From Octopus bimaculoides (Eukaryota): a DNA stretch of 34,789 nucleotides. Below, piece by piece: positions 34,346-34,789 of the stretch. The stretch spans positions 17,548,960-17,583,748 of the forward strand of contig NC_069001.1 of NCBI RefSeq assembly GCF_001194135.2, written 5' to 3'. Position 1 is the stretch's first letter; every line of letters begins with the position of its first letter. Under the pieces are notes generated by a model. It had not been told where the DNA came from, ran no database searches, and saw nothing but the letters and a program-made list of their open reading frames with translations. Made by a program: the position numbers and the translations under genes.

Positions 34346-34384
34346 GGATGAACGAAACTTAAACTGAAACAGGACAGTTCTCGT

Positions 34385-34580
34385 TAATGTCACTTGTAAT
34401 ACATACATACATAAATACATATATGTGTGTGTGTGTGTGTGTCTGTCTGTCTGTGTGTGTCTGTGTGTAAATGTATATATGTATACACATGCATGTATAC
34501 ATGTATACATATATGTATATATGTATATATTTATACACACATGTATATGTATGTGTATATATTATATGCATATATACATC
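34385..34580. repeat. (TG)/(TA)/(CATA) compound microsatellite
   Basis: Direct reading. Confidence 0.9.
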
Positions 34581-34789
34581 CTGGGCTTTCTTTATTCGGT
34601 GTTATTTACGTTGTTTTAATTTTTGTATTAGGATGTCATTAGTATGGTTTATTAAGCAACACTTATTACTAATATTTAGGGAAACATGTTGCGGCTTAGC
34701 GTAAAGTTAAGCTGTCAACGTTCCAGTCTTGCTTTACCGCCAAAAATACACGTTTATCTCTTTTTATTTCTGTCCCCCACCCCCGCTCT

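Overview
This is repeat-dense, AT-rich eukaryotic DNA from a short-read-style scaffold with 12 N-gaps, most flanked by (TA)n. The SINE families and microsatellite density look like an octopus (cephalopod) genome; that is recognition, not a database result. I find no intact host gene. The window is mostly decayed transposons: (1) a 5'-truncated Mag-like Ty3/Gypsy LTR element with a 164-bp 3' LTR; (2) a Naiad-like Penelope element (RT plus GIY-YIG); (3) 3' ends of an R4/Dong-like and an RTE-like LINE; (4) two Helitron RepHel remnants plus an orphan Helitron-like 3' end; (5) two DD37D/maT-family copies, a fold-back mariner derivative and two MITEs; (6) about a dozen pieces of two tRNA-type SINE families. 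The most notable observations are a perfect 185-bp inverted repeat, a 161-bp templated duplication inside the Penelope RT, a long low-complexity insert inside its GIY-YIG motif, an RTE tail with three C2H2-like fingers, several hammerhead-ribozyme-like motifs (best at about 33535-33590), a one-sided strand bias of one SINE family, and two weak orphan exon candidates. I see no evidence for a wholly new biological system. Most of the long ORFs in the supplied track are microsatellite or N-gap artefacts.
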